Notes under the pieces: generated by a model | What the model was told of the DNA's origin: nothing | Seen by the model: the letters and a program-made list of their open reading frames with translations, nothing else | Database searches by the model: none | Part shown: positions 1 to 6,502 of the stretch, piece after piece | Layout of the letters: each line of letters begins with the position of its first letter | Numbering within the stretch: position 1 is the stretch's first letter | Made by a program: the position numbers and the translations under genes | Assembly: GCA_036679605.1 (NCBI GenBank) | Contig: JAZDCZ010000348.1 | Span: 1-11,974 of the forward strand | DNA: 11,974 nucleotides | Source of the DNA: Gemmatimonadota bacterium | Lineage (GTDB): Bacteria > Gemmatimonadota > Gemmatimonadetes > Gemmatimonadales > GWC2-71-9 | Reading direction: 5' to 3'

Positions 1-1
1 C

Positions 2-565
2 ACGACATGGACGTTCCGGCGAGCACGGCCGCGGTCAGTGGACAGGTACTTCCGGCGAATGCAACTCGCCTCCGCGGCGGCGTACAGCCTGAGTCACGGC
101 ACCAACGATGCCCAGAAGACCGTGGGCATCATCGTGGGGCTGCTGGTGTCGTCGCAGGCGCTCTTCGAAGATTTTCCCATCAAGGCGTTTCATGTCACGA
201 CGGTCGACCAAATGCCGTGGTGGGTGATCATCTGTGCCTATTCGGCTATAGCCGCTGGGACGGCGGCGGGGGGATGGCGCATCGTCAAGACAATGGGATC
301 CCGCCTCACTCGCCTGACACCGGTACACGGGTTCTGCGCCGAAACGGGTGGGGCTATATCGGTCTTTCTTGCCTCGTTCCTCGGGATCCCCGTCAGCACC
401 ACGCACACCATCACCGGCGCGATCGTGGGCGTCGGCGCCGTGCAACGGCTATCCGCCGTGCGGTGGGCGTTGGCGAGCCAGATCGTATGGGCCTGGGTGT
501 TGACGATCCCGGTATCTGCCGGGATCGCGGGGATCCTTTACCTGGTGCTGCAGGTGATTCTCTGA
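2..565 (+). CDS. pit: PiT-family inorganic phosphate transporter, C-terminal part (5' end outside window)
   Basis: Frame is open from position 2 (TTWTFRRARPRSVDRYFRRMQ...). Contains the PiT C-terminal signature HGTNDAQK, then GGWRIVKTMG, CAET and GIPVSTTH, with several hydrophobic helices. Stop TGA 563-565. Confidence 0.95.
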   Translation, partial: TTWTFRRARPRSVDRYFRRMQLASAAAYSLSHGTNDAQKTVGIIVGLLVSSQALFEDFPIKAFHVTTVDQMPWWVIICAYSAIAAGTAAGGWRIVKTMGSRLTRLTPVHGFCAETGGAISVFLASFLGIPVSTTHTITGAIVGVGAVQRLSAVRWALASQIVWAWVLTIPVSAGIAGILYLVLQVIL

Positions 566-757
566 CCGTCCCAATACAATCGTCGCACGACGCTGCGGCG
601 GTAGGACAACGGAGAAACATGCTGTGACGGAACCTCTGTGGCTTGGACTCATCGCCTTTCGCACGGTTGTCGCTCTTGGCATCGCTGTCGCACAAAGCCG
701 CCGTGAGGGCGCGCTGTTCTTCGCATTGCAGACGCTTTCGGATGGATCGCTCACTAG

Positions 758-781
758 AACCGACGTTCGCTCACGTCGGTT
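758..781. repeat. Perfect 9-bp stem-loop
   Basis: AACCGACGT (758-766), loop TCGCTC, ACGTCGGTT (773-781). Confidence 0.8.
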
Positions 782-836
782 TGCTGACAGCTGGCCGAAC
801 GGATCCCCCCTTTCGCCAAAGCGAGCGCGTCCGCGC

Positions 837-975
837 GTTGCCCGGTGCGTTAAAACGCGGGCTCGGCCGCGGCGCGCAAACGCGCCACGACACGTCTTGA
901 AAGACGTGTCGCACGTCATGTCCTTTAGGACACGTCCCGCAGGGGCCGAGCCCGGGCTTTAACCCACCGGGCAAC
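837..975. repeat. 139-bp multibranched palindromic element (MITE/REP-like repeat or structured RNA; identity unresolved)
   Basis: 837-868 pairs with 944-975 (29 of 32 Watson-Crick). It encloses hairpins GGCGCG-CAAA-CGCGCC (871-886), CGACACGTCT-TGAA-AGACGTGTCG (888-911) and TGTCC-TTTA-GGACA (919-932). Confidence 0.85.
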
Positions 976-1042
976 CCCAACGCCTTCTCGCGGTACTCAG
1001 CAGCGGGCTGTATCTTGGTTTCCCATGAACGATTCCCTGGAT

Positions 1043-1130
1043 CGCGAAAGCCGGTAGGCGGTACGGCGGTATGGCGGTAAAAGCAGGGGCGCGAAAGGCG
1101 GTAGGCCGGTACGGCGGTAGGGCGGTCGAA
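1043..1130 (+). repeat. Nested short-period repeat: two ~40-bp direct repeats, each with four GCGGTA-like units
   Basis: CGCGAAAGCCGGTAGGCGGTACGGCGGTATGGCGGTAAAA (1043-1082) and CGCGAAAGGCGGTAGGCCGGTACGGCGGTAGGGCGGTCGAA (1090-1130). Confidence 0.9.
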
Positions 1131-1141
1131 TCGGGTGTACT

Positions 1142-3841
1142 ATGAGCGATGCAACGGAACGCCTGTATCTAGCACTAGCTAATCGGTATGCCATCGAGCA
1201 CGAAATTGGTGCCGGTGGCATGGCGACGGTGTATTTGGCGCATGACGTTAAACACGACCGCCAGGTCGCCGTCAAAGTCCTCCGTCCCGAACTCGCCGCC
1301 GTCCTCGGCGCCGAGCGGTTCATCCAGGAAATCAAGACTACCGCCAACCTCCAGCACCCGCATTTCCTCCCGCTGTTCGATTCGGGCGAGGCCGACTCTT
1401 TCCTTTATTATGTCATGCCGTTCATCGACGGCGAAACGCTGCGCGACAAACTGAATCGCGAGACCCAACTCGGGATCGATGAGGCGGTCAACATCACCAC
1501 CGCCATCGCCGATGCCCTCGACTACGCGCACCGCAACAATGTGATCCATAGGGACATCAAGCCCGAGAACATCCTGCTCCATGACGGACGACCGATGGTG
1601 GCGGACTTCGGCATTGCATTGGCGCTGAGCGCGGCGGCGGGCGGGCGCATGACCGAAACCGGCATGTCGCTCGGCACGCCTCACTACATGAGTCCGGAAC
1701 AAGCCACGGCGGAGAAGGATCTGACCAACCGCTCCGACATCTATTCGTTGGGGTGCGTGCTGTATGAGATGTTGACGGGCGAGCCACCGCACATCGGTGG
1801 GTCGGCGCAGCAGATCATCATGAAGATCGTGACCGACACGCCGCGCCCGGTGACGGAGCTACGGAAGTCGGTGCCGCCCAACGTGACGGCGGCGGTCGCT
1901 AAGGCGTTGGAGAGGTTGGCGGCGGACCGCTTCGAGAGCGCGGCGAAGTTTGGCGCTGCCCTTACGGATCCATCGTTCACGTTGCCCACGGTTGCGGGTA
2001 CGGCAGCAGCCGCAAGTCGAGCGGGGACTGGCTCGTGGAATCGTGTGAGCGTTTTGGGATGGGGTTTTGCCGCGGTGGCGATCATCGTTGCACTTTGGGG
2101 CTGGTTGCGGCCGAGCGATTTGCCGCCAACGCAAGTCGTGCGCTATAGAATGGCGGTGCCGATGGAGGAAGGACTTGCCGCCACCTTCGGTTCGAACATC
2201 GCTCTTTCTCCGGACGGCGCACGCCTCGTTTATAGCAGCGGGGTGGGGGGCAACGCACAACTCTGGCTGCGTGAGCGGAATCAGCTTGCCGCCAGCCCAG
2301 TGTCGGGGTCCGACGGTGCGTGGCAGCCTTTCTTCTCGCCCGACGGGCAGCGGGTGGCATTCATCACGGGAGGCCGCGCACTCAAGGTTATCTCGCTCAG
2401 CGGCGAACCACCGGTGACGCTGGTGGATTCAGGGATCGTCCGCGGAGGAGGATCGTGGGGTGAAGACGGGTATGTGTATTTTGTGGCAGGGAGTGGCGGT
2501 GCCCAGACCGTTAGCGGACTGTTGCGGATGCGGGATATCGGCGGGCCTCTCGAGCAGGTGACTACGCTCGACACTGAGCGTGATGAAGTCGCGCATCTAT
2601 TTCCCGATGTGCTGCCAAATGGCCGGGGAGTGTTGTTCACGGTTTCTCGGTCACGACTGTACGATGCGGAGACGCAGGAGATCGCGGTTATCGACCTCGA
2701 GACAGGTGTGCACAAGATCCTGTTGCAGGGCATCGTTGCCCGCTGGATGCCGACAGGGCACCTGGTGGTCGTGCGGGCCGATGGTGCACTGCTGGCTGCC
2801 CCGTTCGATGACGAGAAACTCGAACTCACCGGACCGGCTATGCCTCTGTTGGATGGTGTGAGGGTCGAGGCACTGGCGAGTGTCGATTTTGCGCTGTCGG
2901 CGACTGGGACCATCATGTACGAACCCGGCGATAGTGTCGCCCGTGATCCTCAAGAATTGGTTTGGACGACGCGGGAAGGATTGGTCACGATGATCGATTC
3001 CAACTGGACCGGGGCTTTCAATTCGCTTGCGCTGTCCCCCGATGGAACCAAACTGGCTGTGGGGGTTGTGTTGGGATCTGAGAGACAGCTGTGGATCAAG
3101 CAATTGGACAGGGGGCCGTTGTCCAAGCTCACCTTTGACGGACCTCTGAGCTACCGGGCGGCATGGACGCCGAACGGACGGGATGTGGCGTTCGTCTCGA
3201 ATCGCGATGCAGACCGAAATTTATATCTGAAGCGTGCGGACGGGAGCGCTGTGGCCGAAGTTCTGCTGGACGATGAACGACCCATCGACGAGGCCTTCTA
3301 CTCGGGCGACGGTGATTGGTTAGTGTATCGGCTTGGGATCGGGGAGGGTCGCGACATTTATGGGATCAGGCCGGGGGTGGACAGCGTGGGAACGGCGCTA
3401 GTGGCGACGGAATTCGAGGAGAGTGCCGCGGCACTGTCGCCGGATGGGCGGTGGCTTGCCTACAGGTCGAACGAGTCTGGGCGCCCCGAGGTGTACGTTC
3501 GCCCATTCCCTAACACGGGAGCGGCGCGATGGCAGGTCTCGACTAACGGAGGCACCGAGCCACTTTGGGCCCACAGTGGACGAGAGCTGTTCTACGTAAA
3601 CGGCAATGCGGAATTGGTATCGGCACAGGTGTCGTCGACTCCGACATTTAAAGTAGGTGCACAGCGGTCGCTCTTCTCGGTCCAAGGCTTCTTGCGCAAT
3701 TTTGTTCACAGAACCTACGACGTGTCGGCAAACGATCAGCGGTTCGCGATGATTCGGTTTCGCGGTGGGGGGAACGCAGGGGAAGTCATCGTGGTCGAGA
3801 ACTTCTTTGAAGAGTTGAAGGCGAAGGTGGGGAGGGAATGA
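1142..3841 (+). CDS. Hanks-type Ser/Thr protein kinase with one transmembrane helix and extracytoplasmic TolB/PD40-like beta-propeller repeats
   Basis: Intact kinase motifs GAGGMATV, VAVK, HRDIKPEN, DFG, GTPHYMSPE and DIYSLG. TM segment VSVLGWGFAAVAIIVALWGWL. Repeated (AL/FF)SPDG..LA/VAF and WTPNGRDVAFVS motifs. Confidence 0.96.
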   Translation: MSDATERLYLALANRYAIEHEIGAGGMATVYLAHDVKHDRQVAVKVLRPELAAVLGAERFIQEIKTTANLQHPHFLPLFDSGEADSFLYYVMPFIDGETLRDKLNRETQLGIDEAVNITTAIADALDYAHRNNVIHRDIKPENILLHDGRPMVADFGIALALSAAAGGRMTETGMSLGTPHYMSPEQATAEKDLTNRSDIYSLGCVLYEMLTGEPPHIGGSAQQIIMKIVTDTPRPVTELRKSVPPNVTAAVAKALERLAADRFESAAKFGAALTDPSFTLPTVAGTAAAASRAGTGSWNRVSVLGWGFAAVAIIVALWGWLRPSDLPPTQVVRYRMAVPMEEGLAATFGSNIALSPDGARLVYSSGVGGNAQLWLRERNQLAASPVSGSDGAWQPFFSPDGQRVAFITGGRALKVISLSGEPPVTLVDSGIVRGGGSWGEDGYVYFVAGSGGAQTVSGLLRMRDIGGPLEQVTTLDTERDEVAHLFPDVLPNGRGVLFTVSRSRLYDAETQEIAVIDLETGVHKILLQGIVARWMPTGHLVVVRADGALLAAPFDDEKLELTGPAMPLLDGVRVEALASVDFALSATGTIMYEPGDSVARDPQELVWTTREGLVTMIDSNWTGAFNSLALSPDGTKLAVGVVLGSERQLWIKQLDRGPLSKLTFDGPLSYRAAWTPNGRDVAFVSNRDADRNLYLKRADGSAVAEVLLDDERPIDEAFYSGDGDWLVYRLGIGEGRDIYGIRPGVDSVGTALVATEFEESAAALSPDGRWLAYRSNESGRPEVYVRPFPNTGAARWQVSTNGGTEPLWAHSGRELFYVNGNAELVSAQVSSTPTFKVGAQRSLFSVQGFLRNFVHRTYDVSANDQRFAMIRFRGGGNAGEVIVVENFFEELKAKVGRE

Positions 3842-3919
3842 CCAATGTCCAATAATCAACGTCCAATGAGCAAGGATCTGCGCTTGGCAGCGTTGGACAT
3901 TGGACATTCTGCGATTGAT
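3837..3919. repeat. Head-to-head heptamer tandem-repeat spacer (AATGTCC consensus and its reverse complement)
   Basis: AATGACC AATGTCC AATAATC AACGTCC AATGAGC (3837-3871), then the inverted run TTGGACA TTGGACA TT (3893-3908). Confidence 0.85.
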
Positions 3920-4048
3920 ATGACTGAGATCACCCAACGTTTGAGTTCCGCTCTTGCGAACCGCTACCGGATCGAACGCCACCTGGGGGAAGGCGGCATG
4001 GCGACCGTATACCTCGCCGAAGATTTGAAGGCCATGGGATTGGGTTAG
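3920..4048 (+). pseudogene. Truncated N-terminus of a paralogous Ser/Thr kinase
   Basis: MTEITQRLSSALANRYRIERHLGEGGMATVYLAEDLK matches the upstream kinase at 24 of 37 residues (hand count). Similarity ends at 4030, before the VAVK lysine; AMGLG-stop follows. Confidence 0.9.
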
Positions 4049-4051
4049 CCC

Positions 4052-4079
4052 TTGTTCTCGTATCTAGGACATCTAGATT
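4052..4079 (+). promoter_or_regulatory. Candidate sigma-70 promoter for a leaderless transcript of the TA-like pair
   Basis: TTGTTC (4052-4057), 16 nt, TAGATT (4074-4079); ATG 4089 follows 9 nt later with no Shine-Dalgarno. Confidence 0.4.
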
Positions 4080-4088
4080 TGTAGTCCG

Positions 4089-4316
4089 ATGACTAACAGA
4101 GAAACAAACAAATCACCGGGCGACGGGACGCAATGGTACGGTGGAGTGTATCGTTTGGGTGAAGAGCCGCCGGAAGATTTGATGGGCACTACTACGGCTG
4201 AGGAACGCCTGGAGATGCTTGCCCGGCTCACAGAGCGGGCGTGGCAGCTGACGGGCAGGCCGTTTCCCAGTTATGAGCGCCATGCTATTCCGGCCAGAGT
4301 GATCCGCCCGTCGTGA
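4089..4316 (+). CDS. Small hypothetical protein, putative partner/antitoxin of the downstream nucleotidyltransferase
   Basis: 75 aa with a TTAEERLEMLARL helix. Its TGA overlaps the next GTG start (GTGA 4313-4316). Confidence 0.75.
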   Translation: MTNRETNKSPGDGTQWYGGVYRLGEEPPEDLMGTTTAEERLEMLARLTERAWQLTGRPFPSYERHAIPARVIRPS

Positions 4317-4765
4317 CGGACGACTGGGCGGAGGTACTCAGAGCCCTCGTTGAAGTCGGTGCTCGATTCCTCGTGGTTGGGGCGCACGCCCTGGCGGTCC
4401 ACGGAGTGACACGGGCCACTCGAGACCTCGATATCTGGGTAGAGCCCTCCGAAGCCAACGCCCAGCGCGTGTGGCAGGCACTCGCTCGATTCGGTGCGCC
4501 TTTGGAAGACCTTGGCATTGAACTCGAAGACTTTTCAACAAGGGGAACTGTGGTTCAGCTTGGGATGCCGCCACACCGTGTCGATTTCTTGACCGATATC
4601 ACAGGAGTTCCCGACTTTGACGCAGCATACGCTGATCGGGTGATGCAGACTATTGCGGAATGTGATGTGCCATTTCTGGGACGGAAACAATTGATCGAGA
4701 ACAAGCGGGCCATTGGGCGGCTCAAAGATCAAGCAGATGTGGAGGCGTTGGGCGAAGAGCCTTGA
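4313..4765 (+). CDS. Pol-beta-superfamily nucleotidyltransferase (DUF6036/AbiEii-like), putative TA component
   Basis: Motif LVVGAHALAVHGVTRATRDLDIWV (G-x-x-A...HG..R.T.D.D), RVDFL, and C-terminal K...GR.KD..D; 150 aa. Confidence 0.88.
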   Translation: MTDDWAEVLRALVEVGARFLVVGAHALAVHGVTRATRDLDIWVEPSEANAQRVWQALARFGAPLEDLGIELEDFSTRGTVVQLGMPPHRVDFLTDITGVPDFDAAYADRVMQTIAECDVPFLGRKQLIENKRAIGRLKDQADVEALGEEP

Positions 4766-4775
4766 CGAGTTAGCC

Positions 4776-5798
4776 ATGAAAACCTGCGGGTGGTCCAACA
4801 TGAGCGTCGCGGCAACGGTCGTGACGATTGGAATTAGTTTCGCGTGCGCGCCTTCGGACAATAGATCGAGCGCAGTACGAGAGGTTCCGGAGGCGCAGTA
4901 TGTTCTAACTCCGGACAGCACGCACAATCGGTGGAGCCGTGCGATACCGCCGACTCTCCGCGTGCCGTCCGGGGCGGTGGTGGAGGTATACACCAAGGAG
5001 GCAACAGATGGTCAACTGGCGCTGGGGTCCACCGTCGACGCAGTCGCCGCTCTCGATTTCGGCCGGATTCATGCGCTCACCGGCCCCATTTATGTGGAAG
5101 GCGCGGAGCCCGGTGACGTACTATCGGTAACTCTCCATGAGATCGAGGCGGGCGATTGGGGATGGGTGGCGGTGGTGCCGGGTTTTGGTTTCTTGGCCGA
5201 TGAGTTTCCCGATGCATATCTAAAGACAGTGCCTATTCCCGCTGGCGCCACGGAGGTGCGGTTCAACGATGGAATCACCATTCCGATTCGACCCTTTGCG
5301 GGTGTAATGGGAGTGGCCCCCGGCACCGATTCTATGTTGACCACAATCCCGCCCCGTGCGAACGGCGGCAACATGGACAATCGGCATCTTGTTGCCGGCA
5401 CGACGGTCCATTTCCCGGTCTTTGTGGAAGGCGCTCTCTTTTCCATTGGTGACACCCACGCCATCCAAGGCGACGGCGAAGTTTCAGGCACCGCCCTCGA
5501 GGCGCCGATGCGGATCGTGTTGGAATTCAATGTCGTCAAAGACGCTCGATCGATCTCAGAGCCGCAGTACGAAACCGACGCATATTATGCGGTCACCGCA
5601 TTTGCACCATCGATCGATGCGGCTGCACGCAAGGCCACACTTTACATGATCGATTATCTCGTTGAGGAACGAGGGATGGATCGAACTGAAGCCTACGTGT
5701 TGAGTTCACTAGTCGGGGATCTCAAGATTTCGGAAGTGGTGGACATGCCGCATTTCCTCGTCAGCATGCACATGCCAAAGGGCGTATTCCGCCAATGA
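4776..5798 (+). CDS. Acetamidase/formamidase (FmdA/AmdA) family protein with a predicted signal/lipoprotein leader
   Basis: Family motifs HALTGPIYVEGAEPGD, GGNMD and GDTHAIQGDGEVSGTALE. ATG 4776 lies 10 nt after the upstream stop (ATG 4800 is an alternative). Hydrophobic leader ends ISFAC. Confidence 0.92.
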   Translation: MKTCGWSNMSVAATVVTIGISFACAPSDNRSSAVREVPEAQYVLTPDSTHNRWSRAIPPTLRVPSGAVVEVYTKEATDGQLALGSTVDAVAALDFGRIHALTGPIYVEGAEPGDVLSVTLHEIEAGDWGWVAVVPGFGFLADEFPDAYLKTVPIPAGATEVRFNDGITIPIRPFAGVMGVAPGTDSMLTTIPPRANGGNMDNRHLVAGTTVHFPVFVEGALFSIGDTHAIQGDGEVSGTALEAPMRIVLEFNVVKDARSISEPQYETDAYYAVTAFAPSIDAAARKATLYMIDYLVEERGMDRTEAYVLSSLVGDLKISEVVDMPHFLVSMHMPKGVFRQ

Positions 5799-6466
5799 GA
5801 AGCTCTCGCCGAGTTGTGACCGACGTCCTCGATCCCGTAGCTCGCGCGCCACTACGTGCCTCGATAGCTGTGCGCTGTCGAGCCGCCCTAATCTTGGGTT
5901 TGTTCGCTTTGCCAACTTTGTTTGGCTGTCAATCCGATACTTCGCAGATCGAAGATCCGCCGGCGAGCGAATTACCTCACTTCACACCGGACGGCATGCT
6001 CGTCAAGCCTAAGAACTGGGAGACGTGGGTCATGGTGGGGGCTTCATTGGGCCTCACATACACGGAGTCAGGGTCTCCAGATGCGCTGGGAGGGGGGCCG
6101 GGCATGTTCCACAACGTGTTTATGCAGCCTTGGGCCTACGAACAGTTTGTCGAAACCGGCAAATTTGCCGAGCAGACCATGTTCGTGCTTGCGTTGTACG
6201 ACGCCTCCCGGGATGCGGACCCTGCGCGCGGTGGCTTTTACGAGGGCGAACTTTCGTCCACGATGGAGGTCCACCTGAAGAAACGTGACTTGCATGAAAG
6301 CGGCTGGGGCTTTTTCGGATTCTTTGGTACGGCGGACAGCGCAGCGATCATGCCGGGCGAGGCCGCCTGTTACTCGTGTCACATAGAGAAGACGGAACTC
6401 GACAACGTGTTCGTCCAGTTCTATCCACCGCTCAGGCGAGTGCTGGCTGAGGCAGACGGTAACTAG
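5795..6466 (+). CDS. Cytochrome P460 / c'-beta family monoheme c-type cytochrome, lipoprotein
   Basis: P..W.TW..VG, FHNVFM, GKF..QTMFV, GWGFFGF, C-terminal CYSCH (6368-6382) and VF.QFYP.L. Lipobox LFGC (Cys 5927). ATGA overlap with the amidase; GTG 5870 is an alternative start giving a 19-aa signal. Confidence 0.88.
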   Translation: MRSSRRVVTDVLDPVARAPLRASIAVRCRAALILGLFALPTLFGCQSDTSQIEDPPASELPHFTPDGMLVKPKNWETWVMVGASLGLTYTESGSPDALGGGPGMFHNVFMQPWAYEQFVETGKFAEQTMFVLALYDASRDADPARGGFYEGELSSTMEVHLKKRDLHESGWGFFGFFGTADSAAIMPGEAACYSCHIEKTELDNVFVQFYPPLRRVLAEADGN

Positions 6467-6502
6467 CTGACGGCGGCCGCTGCCACTAGCACGAACATCA
6501 CA

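Noticed and set aside
837..975. tRNA/tmRNA interpretation of the cloverleaf
   Set aside because: The 32-bp closing stem and short loops do not fit; no T-loop (TTCRA), 7-nt anticodon loop or CCA end on either strand.
1043..1130. CRISPR array
   Set aside because: Only two degenerate low-complexity units with a 7-nt gap, no unique spacers and no cas genes.
624..1347. ORFs 624..962 (full length), 643..900, 771..980, 449..919 and 997..1347 as real genes
   Set aside because: They read through palindromes, the GGCGGTA repeats (PPYRR translation) or the kinase antisense strand, with no family motifs.
3845..3919. N-terminal extension of ORF 3845..4048
   Set aside because: It is a translation of the heptamer repeats; kinase homology starts at ATG 3920.
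3920..4030. DGR template/variable repeat pair with the kinase 5' end
   Set aside because: Differences are synonymous-type changes at all bases rather than adenine-specific, and there is no reverse transcriptase.
4713..4775. Longer amidase start at 4713
   Set aside because: It overlaps the nucleotidyltransferase by 53 nt and buries the signal peptide; ATG 4776 fits better.
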